Assembly: GCF_004010195.1 (NCBI RefSeq)
Contig: NC_057718.1
Coordinates: 87,478,606 to 87,542,605 of the forward strand
Length of the DNA: 64,000 bases
Source: Chiloscyllium plagiosum
Lineage: Eukaryota
Direction of reading: 5' to 3'
Shown here: piece by piece, positions 38,540-51,169 of the stretch
Layout: every line of letters begins with the position of its first letter
How positions within the stretch are numbered: position 1 is the first letter of the stretch
Program-made: the position numbers and the translations under genes
The notes under the pieces: model-generated
Databases searched by the model: none
Told to the model about the DNA's origin: nothing
Seen by the model: the letters and a program-made list of their open reading frames with translations, nothing else

Positions 38540-39745
38540 GTAATTAGTTGAGTGCAGCCTTGACATCAAGGGCTGTTAGCTCTTTTGTCTATGTTTGAAC
38601 CAAGATTGTAATGAGGTTAGGAGCTGAGTGGCTCTGGGCGTCAGTGAGCGGTTTATTGAAAGCAGATGCTGTTTGATAACACCTTCACTTTATCGATGAT
38701 TCATGAGTAGACAAATGGGACAGTAATTTGCCAGAATGGATTTGTCCTGCTTTTTACGTACAGGACACACCTGGGTGATTTTCCACATTGTCGGCAGGTG
38801 CCAGTGTTTTAACTATACTAGAACATCTTGGCTAGGGGAGTGGCAAGTTCTGGAGCACAAGTTTTCAGTGTTATTGGAATGTTGTCAGGGCCCACAGTCT
38901 TTCCAGTATCCATTTTTCCAATAGTTTTCTGATACCATGTGAAATGAATTGACTTGGCTGACTGGTATCTGCGATATTAGGAACCACTAGAGTAGGCTGA
39001 GATGGATCATCCACTCGCACTTCTGTTGAAGCGAATGCTTTAGCCTTACCTTTTATATTGATGTACTGGACTCTGCCGTCATTAACGATGAGGATATTAA
39101 TGGAGTTGTTTAATGTGCTTTAGTGCATAGTTAAGTAATTCACTATCATTCATGATTGGACGTGACAGAAATGCAGAGTTTGGATCTGATCAATTGGTTG
39201 TAGGATCACTTAGTTCTGTTTCTCTCTCGCTGCTTATGCTGTTTGGCATCCAAGTAAAGACTATCTGGTAGCTTCACTAAATTGACATTAGATTGACGAG
39301 GTATGCCTAGTGCTGTTCCTGGCATACCTGCCTACACTGTCCATTGAACTGGAGTTTATCCTAGTTGCGTGTGGGATATGTCAGGCCATGAGGTTTAGAT
39401 TAGATTCCCTACAGTGTGGAAACAGGAAACAGGCCCTTCGGCCCAGCAAGTCCACACGGACCCTCCGAAGACTAACCCACTCAGACCCATTTCCCTCTGA
39501 CTAATGCACCTAACACTCTGGGCAATTTAGCAAGGCCAATTCATCTGGTCTGCACATCTTTGGACTATGGGAGGAAACCGGAGCACCCGGAGGAAACACT
39601 GGGAGAAAGTGCAAACTCCACACTGACAGTTGCCTGAGACTGGAATTGAACCTGGGTCCCTGGTGCTGTGAGGCAGCAGTACTAACCACTGAGCCACCGT
39701 TTGGAGATTGTGCTGGAGTACAATTCTGTTATTGCTCCTCTTGTT
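38540..39745 (-). mobile_element. Decayed non-LTR retrotransposon fragment (CR1/L2 group), interrupted by HE1
   Basis: Antisense RT-region sequence (P..W...QVCPV.KKQDKS..ANYCPI.LL). Probably the same family as the tails at ~35770, ~53390 and ~62575. Confidence 0.6.
39395..39700 (-). mobile_element. HE1-type V-SINE
   Basis: A/B boxes (actaaccactgagccaccg; ggaattgaacc), V domain and tagattagatt tail on the minus strand. Confidence 0.92.
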
Positions 39746-40318
39746 GGCCCACACAGATGACATATTGGTAGTATTTATATTGGAATGTTGTCATTTCATA
39801 TTTGGGCTATAGACTCCATTGTGATTGAGACTATTGGGAGTTGTCGTATTTTTCCTCTGATTTCACTGTTGTAAGGGTATAAAATTGGTATGTTTAGCAG
39901 GATCAACCCAATATCCTGGATGTGGACTTCAAAAGCACAAAACTGCCTTTAATTTGATAGATTGGAATACAGCTAATAATGTTGGGCTAGTGCAGTGATC
40001 CAGTAGTTTTTTTTAAAGTCATTGTTCAGGAACTTTACTGGAACAGAGCTGAAAGCATCAGCCCTCCCCAGCTCTCATCATCTGACTGATTTGGATTTTG
40101 TTGGTAGTGGAAATTGGAAGTAGACTGACCAACCCCAATGACTTTTTAATTACAGAGACTATTTCTCGTATCCACATTTAAAATTAGGTGGATGCTTCAC
40201 ACAATATGACAATTTAATTAAAGTCTCTGGGCTTTCTATTCTTCAAGCCACTATTCTCCATTTTACCTCTATCATATTTCACTTAGCTGCTAAATATTTA
40301 TTTTTCTTTTTATACCAG

Positions 40319-40539
40319 TTGGTGAATCTGCAGCAGGGAAACCTTCGAGGAGCCTAGCTCAGCATATCCCAGGGACTGGTGGAATTGAAGGTGTTAAAGG
40401 AGCAGCATCTGGTGTTGCAGGTGAGCTGGCACGGGCCAGAATAGCACTTGATGAAAGAGGACAAAAACTGAGTGAGTTGGAAGAACGAACAGCAGCCATG
40501 TTATACAGTGCTGACACTTTCTCTAAACATGCTCATGAG
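40319..40539 (+). CDS. STXBP5: Tomosyn-1 exon (221 nt), R-SNARE motif: FGESAAGKPSRSLAQHIPG...GELARARIALDERGQKLSELEERTAAMLYSADTFSKHAHE
   Basis: tttttataccag| acceptor, CATGAG|gtaagc donor, phase 1-0. VAMP-like coiled coil with zero-layer Arg (DERGQKL). Confidence 0.97.
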
Positions 40540-40709
40540 GTAAGCACTAGAAATTTATCTATTTCATTTTTAGCGAATAGAGTTTCATGTTGTCTTAACT
40601 TCTGGTTTCCTCAGCTTGCAAACACATCACATAATGAGGGATGCACCTCAAAAGTACTGTATAAATACATGCTCTATCTTTCTGCCTTTCAGAAAGAAAA
40701 ATTGCCAAT

Positions 40710-42990
40710 AAAATGTAGGAGCAGAGGAAGACCATTTTATCCATCAAGTCTGCTCTGCCTTTCATTGAGATCTTAACTGATCTGAATAATTCTAAACACC
40801 ACGTTCCTGTCATATCCCCACAACCTCTGACTCCCTTGCTGATTTAAATAATTAACTATCTATCTCAGCCTCGATATTCTTAATGAATTAACCTTGACCA
40901 CACTGCAACAAATAATTCTACAGATTCCCTATCCTTTGAGAGAAGAAATTATCTGCCTTATTTCAAATTATATCCTCTAGTTTTAGACTTCCAGCAAGGT
41001 CATTTTCCTTCTGAATTGCCCCCGTTAAATCACTTAACAATCTTGCATTTCAATAATGTTTCCCCTTAATTCTTCTAAATGCCAATGAATACAAGCGCAA
41101 CATATTCAACCTCTGTTCATGAATAAATCCCTCCATACTGGGAATCAACCTAGTGAACCTTCCCTATACTGCCTCCAATGCCACTTTATCTCCCCTTAGA
41201 AAAAAGGACTCAAACTGTTCACAGTATTCCAGATATGGTCTGAGTGTGCCTTGTATAGTTTTAGTAAGGCTGTTCTATTTTTATACTCCCATTTCCTTTG
41301 AAAGAAAAGCCAGTAGTCCATTGGCCTGTCCTGTTACCTGCTGAATGTGGATACTAGCATTTTGTGATTCATGCATGAGATCCCCAATCCCCTCTGCTGC
41401 AGCTTTCTGTAGTTTATTTAATTTAAATAGTATTCAGATCCTCTATGCTTCTTCCTCCTCACATTTTCCCACATTATTTTCCATCAGGCAAGTTTTTGCC
41501 CACTCACTTAACCTCTCTATATTCCTCCAGACTGTGTCAGCTGCACAAGTTGTCTTCCCACCTTTTGTGGTGTCATCTGCAAACTTGGTGAAGATACATT
41601 CATTCCCTCATCCACATATACCACAAATAATTGAAGAACTTGTCTTTGTCCCTTGCATTCCACTAGTTACAGCTTGCTTTCCTGAGAATGACCCTTTTAC
41701 TTCCACCCTCTGTCTTCTATTAGACAATCCTCTATTCATGTTAATATCCTACCCCCAACACTATGCACTGTTGTGTTGCATTATGTGCAGTACCTTTATC
41801 AAACACCTTTTAGACGTCCATATCATCTGGTTCTCTTTTTATCCATCCTGCTTGTTACGTCCTGAAAGAACACTAATAAATTTGTCAGGCATGGTTTCCA
41901 CTTGAAGCCATACTAAATCTGTTTAGTTATATTATGTATTTCTAAATATGTTACTGTTAGATCCTTTATAATATAATCCAAATTTTCCCAATGATAGTCT
42001 ATCCCTTTTTGAATAATTGCCACAAAGAGCTGTGGGGCAGAGGACTTCTGTATATTTAAGGCTTATGTGGCTAGAATCATGATCTGTAGAGGAATCCAAA
42101 CTTGTGGGAAAGAGCAGGATGTGAGGAGTGTCATATCAGCCATGATTCTGTTGAGTGGTGGAGCAAGCTCAAGCATTTGTAGGCCTTCTCCTGTTCTTAT
42201 CTCTTATGGTCTTTCAGAATCTACGAATTCATGGAAGATTACCACCAGTGTGATCACTTTAAGTCGTTACTTTTAATATCCTAAGGTACAGCCCCTCCGG
42301 TCCAGAGGCCAAATCGGCCTTTTTACCCTTTAATTTCCCTAGTACTTTTCTCTAGTGATGGTTTTTGTATTTATTTCTTCCCTCTTTGGAAAATCATTAT
42401 TATTTTGTAAATGGTATTGGTGTCCTCTACCATGAAGACAGATGCCCAGGTTTTCTCTGGCATTTCCTGGTTCCCATTATTATTGCTCCAGCCTCATTCT
42501 CGAAGTGGCCTATATTCACTTTGGTACCACTTTCCCTTTGCTGTATATTTAAAGAAGCTTTGCCACATTGTTTATGTTGCTTTCAATTTGATAGTATGCT
42601 TAACTTTCTTGGATAGCTAAATTGGTTGCCCCCTCCTTATATCCCAGTGATGGAGGATTTTATGTTTTAAACATCTGCCATTATTCCTGAACCACCTTTT
42701 CTGCTAAATGCCTTACCCAGTCCACTCCAGCCAACTGTGCCCTCATCACTACCCAGTTACCCTAGTTAAGTTTAGCATAGTTCTTTTTGATCTAAATTTC
42801 TCTTTCAAACTGAATGCTAAACTTTACTACGTTATGATCATTGTGCCCTTGGCGATCTTTTACTTTGAAATCATTTATAAAACCTCCCTCATTGCACATT
42901 ACTAGATACAAAATAGTCTGATCCTTGGTAGAATCCACAATATATTGTTCTCGGAAACTGTCCTGAATATATTTTTCCATCATTGATCAC
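40710..42990 (-). mobile_element. Old CR1 LINE fragments (with an oppositely oriented tail at ~42010-42210)
   Basis: Antisense CR1 motifs (VQRRFTRLIP; FADDTK); ORF 42792..42983 has endonuclease-like TILYLVMCNE...NDHNVVKFSI. Confidence 0.7.
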
Positions 42991-43399
42991 ATTTCCACTG
43001 CTTAAACCATGAATGGTTTCACTGTCTGTCCCACACCCTCAACATAATGGTTGGTTGAATATTTGATAATATAAGAGCCATAATATGCTTTTTCTTGAAA
43101 ACGGATGCAGCAATCATTATTTTCTTCCTCAATAGACAGAATGTTGTGCTGCAAATAATTATTTCGCTTCCCAAACTGAATTTTGCCATGTACTTTAAAA
43201 CCGCTTTAGATAATAACATAAAGGCGCAAAGATAGGCCATTTGGCCCGTCAAGCCTGCTTTGCCATTCAGGAGGATCACGAGTGATGCAATTGTGGCCAA
43301 AACTCCAATTTCTTGTGTGTCCTTCATACCCTTTAACATTCAATGTCTCAGTAGATCACACTATTGAAATTCATTACTACTTTGGATCTCTGTTTGTTT

Positions 43400-43720
43400 A
43401 TAATAACCACCTTGGAGCTGTATAATACGTTTCATGACCTCAGGACTTGTCAAAGCACTGTACAGCTGATGAAGTACTTTATTGAATGTAATTGTTTCTG
43501 TTTAACGTATTAAAGAAACACAGCCATTTTAGTGGAATTGTTTGAACGATAAGTATTGATGTGTTCAAAATAGTATCTTAGAATCTTTTTATCTCTAGTT
43601 GAAAATGTAGGCAAAGAATTAAGTTAATGTTTAATTCAAAAGACACCACTTCTGACAGTTTAGCACTCCAGTATTAAAAGAAGTATCAGTCCACATACTG
43701 TTACCTAGTCTCTCACGTAT
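43400..43720 (-). mobile_element. Deu-domain SINE (decayed)
   Basis: Reverse complement resembles the Deu domain (tgctaaactgtcagaagtggtgtcttttga...acattaa) and the tail of the 46075 copy. Confidence 0.5.
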
Positions 43721-45654
43721 CTTCTGCTGGCGTCTAATCACCCTTTGGTTCTGGTCATTTCTAAATGTTTGCTACAGAAGACATTATGTTCAATCTTTTC
43801 CTGCTAACATAAGTCACTGTCATTCATCGCATGTACTGACCTCTATTCAAACAGATCCTCAGTATGCTTGTCAAATTTAGTATATATTTAAAAGCTGTCA
43901 TTAAGGTTAACAGTAGTGTGGATTACTTGGACATTATTGAACAGGACAAATGGAAAAGGTTTAAGGGCCTGTATGAACTACAGTAATGTGGTTCACATAA
44001 TGAGAAAACCTGCAAGCTGTTCCAAGTCTTTACTAATATGTTAGTGTTTTCTGTAATACCATAAGCAGCAGCATAATTCCTTTTCCATATTGTTAGTCAG
44101 GCACACTCTGTTGCAAGATAAAGCCTCAAACTAGCATTAATGAAATTGTTTTTTGCAATTGGGTCTCATTACTGTGTGGGAGCACTCACTTCAGAGCAAA
44201 ATTCAGTCCCATTTGTTTGATTAAAGTAGCTTATAAGCTTGATTTCCTGTCCAAAGTCCTTGATTCCAATCAACCCAACATTTCCTGAACTAAAGTAAAA
44301 CCTAAAACTGCAGATGCTGAAGGTCGGAACCAAGAACAGAAATTGCTGGAGAAACTCAGCAGATCTAGCAAAATCTGTTGAGAGAAAGCAGAGTTGATGT
44401 TTTGAGTCCAGTGATCTTCCTTCTGAACTCACTTCTTGAATTAATGTCACTTCCTTTTTAGTCTTTTGACTTAAATGGCAGTTCAACTTTAGATGAAACT
44501 GCTTTCTTTCTACCTCTCATTTTGGGGAAATCATTAATATTACTGAACCGGGAATAGAGGTCACTATCCAATGTTTTTGACTTCATACCATGTATCTTAT
44601 GCACAAGAGAAGGAATTTTTAAGGATCTCAGTCTGGTTTCACCCTACCATAGGGCCAGGACAATAACCTTTTTAGGAATCTTTCTTGATTACTTGCATCA
44701 TAAGGTCTTGGAATTTTAAAACTTCAGTGATCTGCATGTTGATTATTATAACATTATGCCATCAGCTATGAGTTGACAACATTTCCCTGAGGAAGTTCTG
44801 AGGTACTCCACTTAAGACTTTGAGCTTAGTCTCAGAAACACCAAGTTTATGCAGCCAGTCTTGGTAACACTCTTGGTCTGGCACTTCCACCTGGTCGGTC
44901 AATAGCTTTGTCCAGAATACAGATTTTCAGCCAAATAAATTCGAACTGTGAAGCTCCTGTTCTTAATTTTGGCATGTTTCTACTGGTACTTTTCACACTC
45001 AAATGTTCTTTTTAATATGCATAGTCAAAAATTGTATTTGAGCTATTTAAGTAAAAGATGCAAGTATTTGTTTTTTCCTTCAGGTACAGCATCTACCATA
45101 CTGCAGTCAACAACTTCAAGCTTTTTGAGTTTTTTCTGTGAATGCATATAAATTGGAAATATTAGGCCATTTGGCCAATGACCTGCTCTATCATTCAGTG
45201 AGATTATAGTTACCAGTATGGGTTTTGATTTCCATGTTAAACACCACCCCTCCAAACCTTTGATCGCTTGCCTGTCAAAAATCTATCTAAGTGTGCCTTA
45301 AAAATATTCCATAAATCAACCTCCCTTGTCCTCTGATTCAAGATTCCTAATTTCTCCTCATCTCCACCCTAAAAGGGCAACCTGTAATTTTTGAACAGTG
45401 CCTCCTAGGTCTGGACTCTTCCATATTCATCTTTTCAACAATGTTCAGGATCTCATAAACTTCAATCTAAGCTACCAGGGAAAATTAGCCCAAGTGTATT
45501 AACCTTTCCTCTTATGACATTCTACTCATTCCAAAGGTTCAAAGAAAAGTTATGCTTGAACGGTTTCATTTCTGCTCAATCCAGATGCGTTCTTAAATTC
45601 TTGAGTCTTGCCTCTCTTTTGTATAAATTCAGAAGATGTGATCATTCTGACCAA

Positions 45655-45930
45655 CATTAGTTTCGGTTTGATTCAATGACTTGCACTGTCCCTCTGAAAA
45701 TTGTGGGCTTAAGCTTCACCCTCGGGCCAGCATGTCAGTACTGAAAAATTGCTATATTATTGTCATCTTCGTGAGGAGTCCCATCTGCACAATCTGAAGA
45801 AAACAGCGAGTTTTCTGGTTCCTGGCCAATGTTTACCGTTCAATCAACAACGCCAAGAAGAAATTGATCAGTTCATGTTAGTGAGGCTTTTCTGTGTATA
45901 ATTTGACTGTCGGATATACCTCATGATGGA
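45655..45930 (+). mobile_element. Deu-domain SINE (decayed, internally deleted)
   Basis: cagtactga...tttctggttcctggccaatgtttaccgttcaatcaacaac; colinear with the next copy. Confidence 0.5.
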
Positions 45931-46074
45931 GTTTGATGAGCTGTGTGCAAGGTCCTTCTTTATAATTATCTTTGAAACAAATAAACCTCAAAATAAAAAA
46001 AAATTGTTCTGAACAGCATTCAGTTGCAGTGAGGTGAAGGATAGATCAGTAAAGTCAGCATTTACCAGAGTCAA

Positions 46075-46480
46075 ATTAGCTGTAGCTTAGTGGTGGGTAT
46101 AAACAGCTCTGAGTCAGAGAATGTGGGTTCAAGTCCCACTTCAAAGATCTGAGAATATAATCCAACTTGACACGACAGTGCCATTCTGAGGGTGTGCCTC
46201 ACTGTCAGTGATGCAAACTTTCAGTTCAGATGTTAAACCAAGGCCCTGCCTTTCACCTCTGGTGAACATGAAAATAATGCCATAGCAGAGGGATTCTCCC
46301 AGTATCCTGACCAATAGGTGCTCCTCACTAACATCCCTAAAACAAGTAATCCATTCATGATGTTGTGACCTTTTCCTGTGCAGAAATTGGTTGCAACATT
46401 TTTCTTCATTGCAGCAGAAAATCTAGTACTTTGGGATGGGCTGAAGTTGTGAAAGGTAATATAGAAATCTACTATCTTTC
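46075..46480 (+). mobile_element. Deu-domain SINE (SacSINE1/AmnSINE-related), near full length
   Basis: tRNA-like head (ctctgagtcaga...gggttcaagtcccact), Deu core (actgtcagtgatgc..tttcag..agatgttaaaccaaggccc) and 3' tail (gttgtgaaagg). Confidence 0.7.
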
Positions 46481-46907
46481 CCACAAATCACAAGCTCTCC
46501 TTGCTCCACCCAGCCAATATTCTGGGTAAATGTCCAATTCCAAGAGTCCACTTCAATTAGGCCAAACCTTCGAATTTCCCTTTCATTCTGCTAAGTGCCA
46601 GACCTACAAGGAGAATGATTTAAAACTTTGCAATTTCACTGTTCAACTCTTTCCTCCTCCTCCATTAAGTGCTCTGAACTCAAAACTGTTCCTGTTCTAT
46701 TTTCACTAACGTGGTTTGTCTTAGTTTTAAAGAATTAATTACTTATCTGCTTAAAATGGAGAAGATAAATAGGCTACCAACAATCAGTTTCACCCTCAGT
46801 TGTATTCAGTAAATGTACTGTGTTGTTTGAGCTTTTGTATTAGATTGGATCATTTCCTAAATAGCTGTTTTTTAAAAAAAACTTATTGGGAGTCCATTGA
46901 ACAAATT

Positions 46908-47245
46908 AGTCATAAAGATGTACAGCATGGAAACAGACCCTTCGGTCCAACTCGTCCATGCCGACCAGATATCCCAACCTAATCTAGTCCCACCTGCCAG
47001 CACCCAGCCCATATCCCTCCAAACCCTTTCTATTCATATATCCATCCAAATGCCTTTTAAATGTTGCAATTGTACTAGCCTCCGCCACTTCCTCTGGCAT
47101 CTCATTCCATACACATACCACCCTCTTGCGTGAAAAGGTTGCCCCTTAGATCTCTTTTATATCTTTCCCCTCTTACCCTAAACCTTTGCCCTCTAGTTCT
47201 GGACTCCCCAACCCCAGGGAAAAGACTGTCTGTTTATCCTATCCA
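46908..47245 (-). mobile_element. CR1 LINE 3' end
   Basis: Reverse complement of 20503-20780 and 59780-60093. Confidence 0.92.
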
Positions 47246-47564
47246 TGCCTCTGTTTCCTTCTGTTCTCCCCTCCTTTTCATAAATTTCTCTAAGGCTGTA
47301 GGAGGAATTGATCGCCTTGCCATGCTGTACAATACCTAAGGAAAAGTGACAAGGAAGGTCGAGGGGAAACTTTGCTGTTACCTCACTTTCGAGTTCATGG
47401 TTATTCTGCTCTTTCAAACTGGCACACCCAGGCCAGATCAATCTAATTGAAACCCTTCTTTATTTGAAACATCAACCTGTTCAAATCTTTGACCATCCTG
47501 ATCCTGAAATGGTAATAACTCCTTTCAGACTTTTGGGAGTAATATTTTTGTCTTTTCTTTCCAG

Positions 47565-47606
47565 ATGATGTTGAAGTGCAAAGATAAGAAGTGGTACCAG
47601 TTCTGA
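47565..47606 (+). CDS. STXBP5: Tomosyn-1 last coding exon: MMLKCKDKKWYQF*
   Basis: tcttttctttccag| acceptor, phase 0. Characteristic KDKKWYQF C-terminus; stop TGA at 47604-47606, immediately followed by a second TGA. Confidence 0.96.
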   Translation: MMLKCKDKKWYQF

Positions 47607-48078
47607 TGACCTTGGTCTATGCCACCAAAATATTTAAGCTGGAAGGAGGTTATCTACAGATGATTCTCCCTCTTCATTTATTTCTGCAGGACAGGAGGTT
47701 CATCTTTGAGTACTGCTGATTCCTAGCACAACTCATAAACTTACCCTCAGTCACATTGCTTTAAACTGAGGAGGAAACTGAAAACTTGCAACATGAAGGT
47801 GTTTTCTACTGTAACTGTGGGTTGGTGCACAGTGTGGGACCTGAGCAGGGAACAAGGGACACATGGGCAGTGCTGGGTTTTCTGTGTTATTTCACACGCC
47901 AAATGTTTTGTGCTATTGTCTCTGCCAGTGTTTCACCCATGGAGCTATAAATGTAATACTGCATTCACTCCAGATGCCAACAAAATGCAAAACAAGAGGA
48001 TAAATACGTGTAGCAGAGTATTGTCATGAAAATTCAAACAATGATCCATTTCTGGCCCAAGACATTAATTTGCACCTT

Positions 48079-48525
48079 ATTGGTTTGTGTTCATTGCTGG
48101 TCGGGTGATGCTGGTTTGCATCTGACGCTGATTAGAAGATGCAGGTTTGGATCCAACTCCCTTTGGATGATACTTGTCTGTCTGATGCTAGTTAGATATT
48201 GTGTATGTCCGCTGGTTGGATTCTGTCAGTTTACACCCGGTGCTAATTGAATGATATCAGATTGTGGCTGTGCTGATTGGGTGAATGCTGTTTACGTCTG
48301 GCAGTATTTGGATGATGATTTGCGTCCAGTGCTTGTTGGTTGATATTGTTTTCTGTCCAGTGATGATTGACTGATATCAGTTTGTGTTCAACATTGGTCA
48401 GTGTTGATTTCTGACCCGTGATGATTGATTGATGTCGGTTTATCTCCAACACTGGTTGGTGGATGTTGATTTCTTTCCACTGGTGATTGGATTATGTCAG
48501 TTTGTGTATAATGCTGGTTGAATGA
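48079..48525 (+). repeat. Degenerate ~31-nt tandem repeat (about 14 units) in the 3' UTR
   Basis: Units such as gcttgttggttgatattgttttctgtccagt, gatgattgactgatatcagtttgtgttcaac, gatgattgattgatgtcggtttatctccaac and ggtgattggattatgtcagtttgtgtataat. Confidence 0.8.
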
Positions 48526-50227
48526 ATAATATTTTTGATCTGCTTTTATCCTTAACTAAATTATTAGTCAATGTGGGTTCATTTCATGCCAGATGCCTGT
48601 AATTTTACTCATGCAGAAAGTATTGTAATTAGATTTGTTACTTCTGTTAATATAAGTTTGTATTTCCCCATTTATTATAAATATTGCAAATCCCATCTAA
48701 ACTTCAGTAATGTCCTTTTTATATTAAAAAAAATCACTGCTTGAATTGGGGTTTGAATCCACATAACCATGATAAATAAAATCTTAATTTTCATTAATAG
48801 TATTACGTTGCCAGATTTTACTCCAGTTTGAATACTAATATTTATTGTACCCACTCCTACATTTATTACTACTTAGGTTTTATTGTATGAAATTACACCA
48901 TTTAGCTGATGTGAGTCTACAGAATACTTTGGGTGACCATGCGAGTATCTTCACTTGTTCAAGGAACAAATTCTGGTCAATAGTAAGAACCATTTTCATA
49001 GCAAAAGTATGGTTAGAATCAAGAGGGAGAAAATTGTAGATGGATGTAATTAGGTGGGAGAAAGAGGTGGTTAGGTTTAACTGAGTGGATGGCAAATTAA
49101 TGGGACATTGAAGTTCCTTTAGAAAAACACCTATAAGCAAGGAATATATGGAAGGTCTTGCATTAGGTCAGCTACCAACATAAGTTGGTTCTGATTATTG
49201 TTTATACCTTGCTGTACATTATTGGTGTATTGTAGCATTGTGCTGCAGTACTTGGAGATCATATTTAGTGCAATACTTTGAGAATCCCGTGTTGGAAATT
49301 AAATAGAATGAATTTACCTGTGAAGTTGGTCACAGCTATGTTTTACCTTTGTTCTTGTACATACTGTAGATTTATATATTCACCTCCCCCACTTATGGTC
49401 ACTTTGCTTTAGCTTTGGTGTGTGACATCTGCAGTCTTTCCCATTCATGATCATTGCACATGTTTTTTCTTGGGTCTTGTGTGGGAAATTGAAGGCTGAG
49501 ATTGTGGAGGAATGCTGCTGACTCCAGGCGAAACAGCATTTGGTTAACAATGAAGCCTAGACTTCGAATGTAATAGTGTCCTACTGGTGCATGTTGCCCA
49601 TGCGGTAAAACTGTTGCTCTCAAACCTCAGCAACTACAGTGTCTGGATCAACATGGCAAATCACTGCTTTCAAAATGTATTCTATTAGAAATTCATGAGC
49701 ATTTGTTTCAAGACGAAATTCTAGCCTTCACTCAATATAAAATATTGATCACTATCGTTATCTTCAGTGCAGAAATGTTTACATGTTGGGTTAACATTTG
49801 TTGCCAAGCTTTTCATTCTGTTTTTTTGCATTTATTTTGGTGATAATTTTGTTCTTTTTTGTTTACAGTTTTTTTTTCAGTTCGTGTTTCATTGAAATCT
49901 GGAGCACCTCTTTTAAAGTGGCTGCTGCTTGGATTTCTCCCCTAATTATGAAGGCACAAAGCTCCTACATGGGGAGTTGTACGTACACAAGGGTCTTTAT
50001 CCTCTTGATTAGCATTTCAGGATTTCTTTAATGAAACTGATTTCTTTTCAGCATATTTGAAAATATATAAATATGAAGTATATGTGTTAAGAAATATATT
50101 TCCTTAAACATGTTTTCAGTGTAGGGTCTGTACTTCATTTCCCTGATCTTTTGATGGAAGTGCACGAAATTAACTGCTGTTTGTGTGTTACCCGTGATGT
50201 GCATCAAGTCTCTGAGTGTTCTGTTAA

Positions 50228-50233
50228 ATTAAA
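50228..50233 (+). terminator. Candidate distal polyadenylation signal (ATTAAA)
   Basis: ATTAAA followed about 45 nt later by tgtaatgtttttttcc (GU/U-rich element). A proximal candidate AATAAA lies at 48775-48780. Confidence 0.45.
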
Positions 50234-51169
50234 AGCTAATGAAGTTGAATTTGCCGAGTACTTCTGCCAAATTGTAATGTTTTTTTCCTGAAAATTGTTT
50301 TTCTAAAAAAAATTAAAATATCCAATCCAGCTGACAAATTTGAAAGTGTTTGTTTTCAAAGCACTTGTTCTGCATGGTGCAGTCTCATGTCTTTCTAACT
50401 CCATTATTTCTAAGATTTGTATGTATTTTTTTCCTTTAAATGATAATACCTGGAGCTTGGGTTTCTTTGTTCTTAGGATGCGCACAACACTGGCACAGAC
50501 CAAGCCTTGGTTCTCTGACAGGGTGTAGTGAGCCCCAATATTGCAGTCCTTGTAAAGATATCACTTCGTTTTAAAAAAAGAAAGATTGTTTAGCGAATAA
50601 GAGACAACAAGATGACTTCAGAAAGTATTGAGTCAACTATGTGGAGCTGGCTTTGTGACTTTTAGACCAAACCTACTGGGGTGGCAGGTTTCTTTGTATG
50701 AAAGAGATTAGCACAATTGGATTTTATAGCAATTCAACAAATTTCATTTTGTTTCTGATATCAACTCGTTAAATTTTAATAACTAAATCTGTGTTATTGA
50801 ATGAGAAATGAAACCATAAGGCTTCCTATGTTCACCCGCAATGCGAATTAAAACAATATCTATATTTAGAATATTGAATTATGTTTCTAAAGCAAAATGT
50901 TTGCTACAGACTTCACTAACTAATCTATGAAATCTTTTTACAGAAATCCTGCAAATGGCCACACCTGTATGGTTTAGTAGCAGTAGTAAGTCAAAGGAGA
51001 CTTTGTGAAAGGGCCTGAAGTTCATCAATATAGAGACACATTTTGGGAATAGAGAAAACTGTATAACTATTTGCCATTAGCTCTGCAAATCTTGTTAGCA
51101 AATTTACTGTTACCTTACACAACAAAAGAACTCTCCAAAAGGAATTGTAGTTTGTAATTGGGTCTCAAT

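Larger units (their letters stand above)
47607..50260 (+). other. STXBP5: Probable STXBP5 3' UTR (about 2.6 kb)
   Basis: Follows the stop codon; AT/U-rich and free of recognisable TEs in an otherwise TE-dense window. End inferred from ATTAAA plus a downstream U-rich tract, so the end coordinate is uncertain. Confidence 0.6.

Noticed and set aside
47604..47609. Stop-codon readthrough or selenocysteine at TGA
   Set aside because: Tandem TGATGA, no CTAG readthrough context and no SECIS recognised; the C-terminus matches the normal tomosyn end.
48079..48525. The 31-nt array as a CRISPR-like array
   Set aside because: Units are contiguous and diverged with no unique spacers, there are no cas genes, and the context is a vertebrate 3' UTR.
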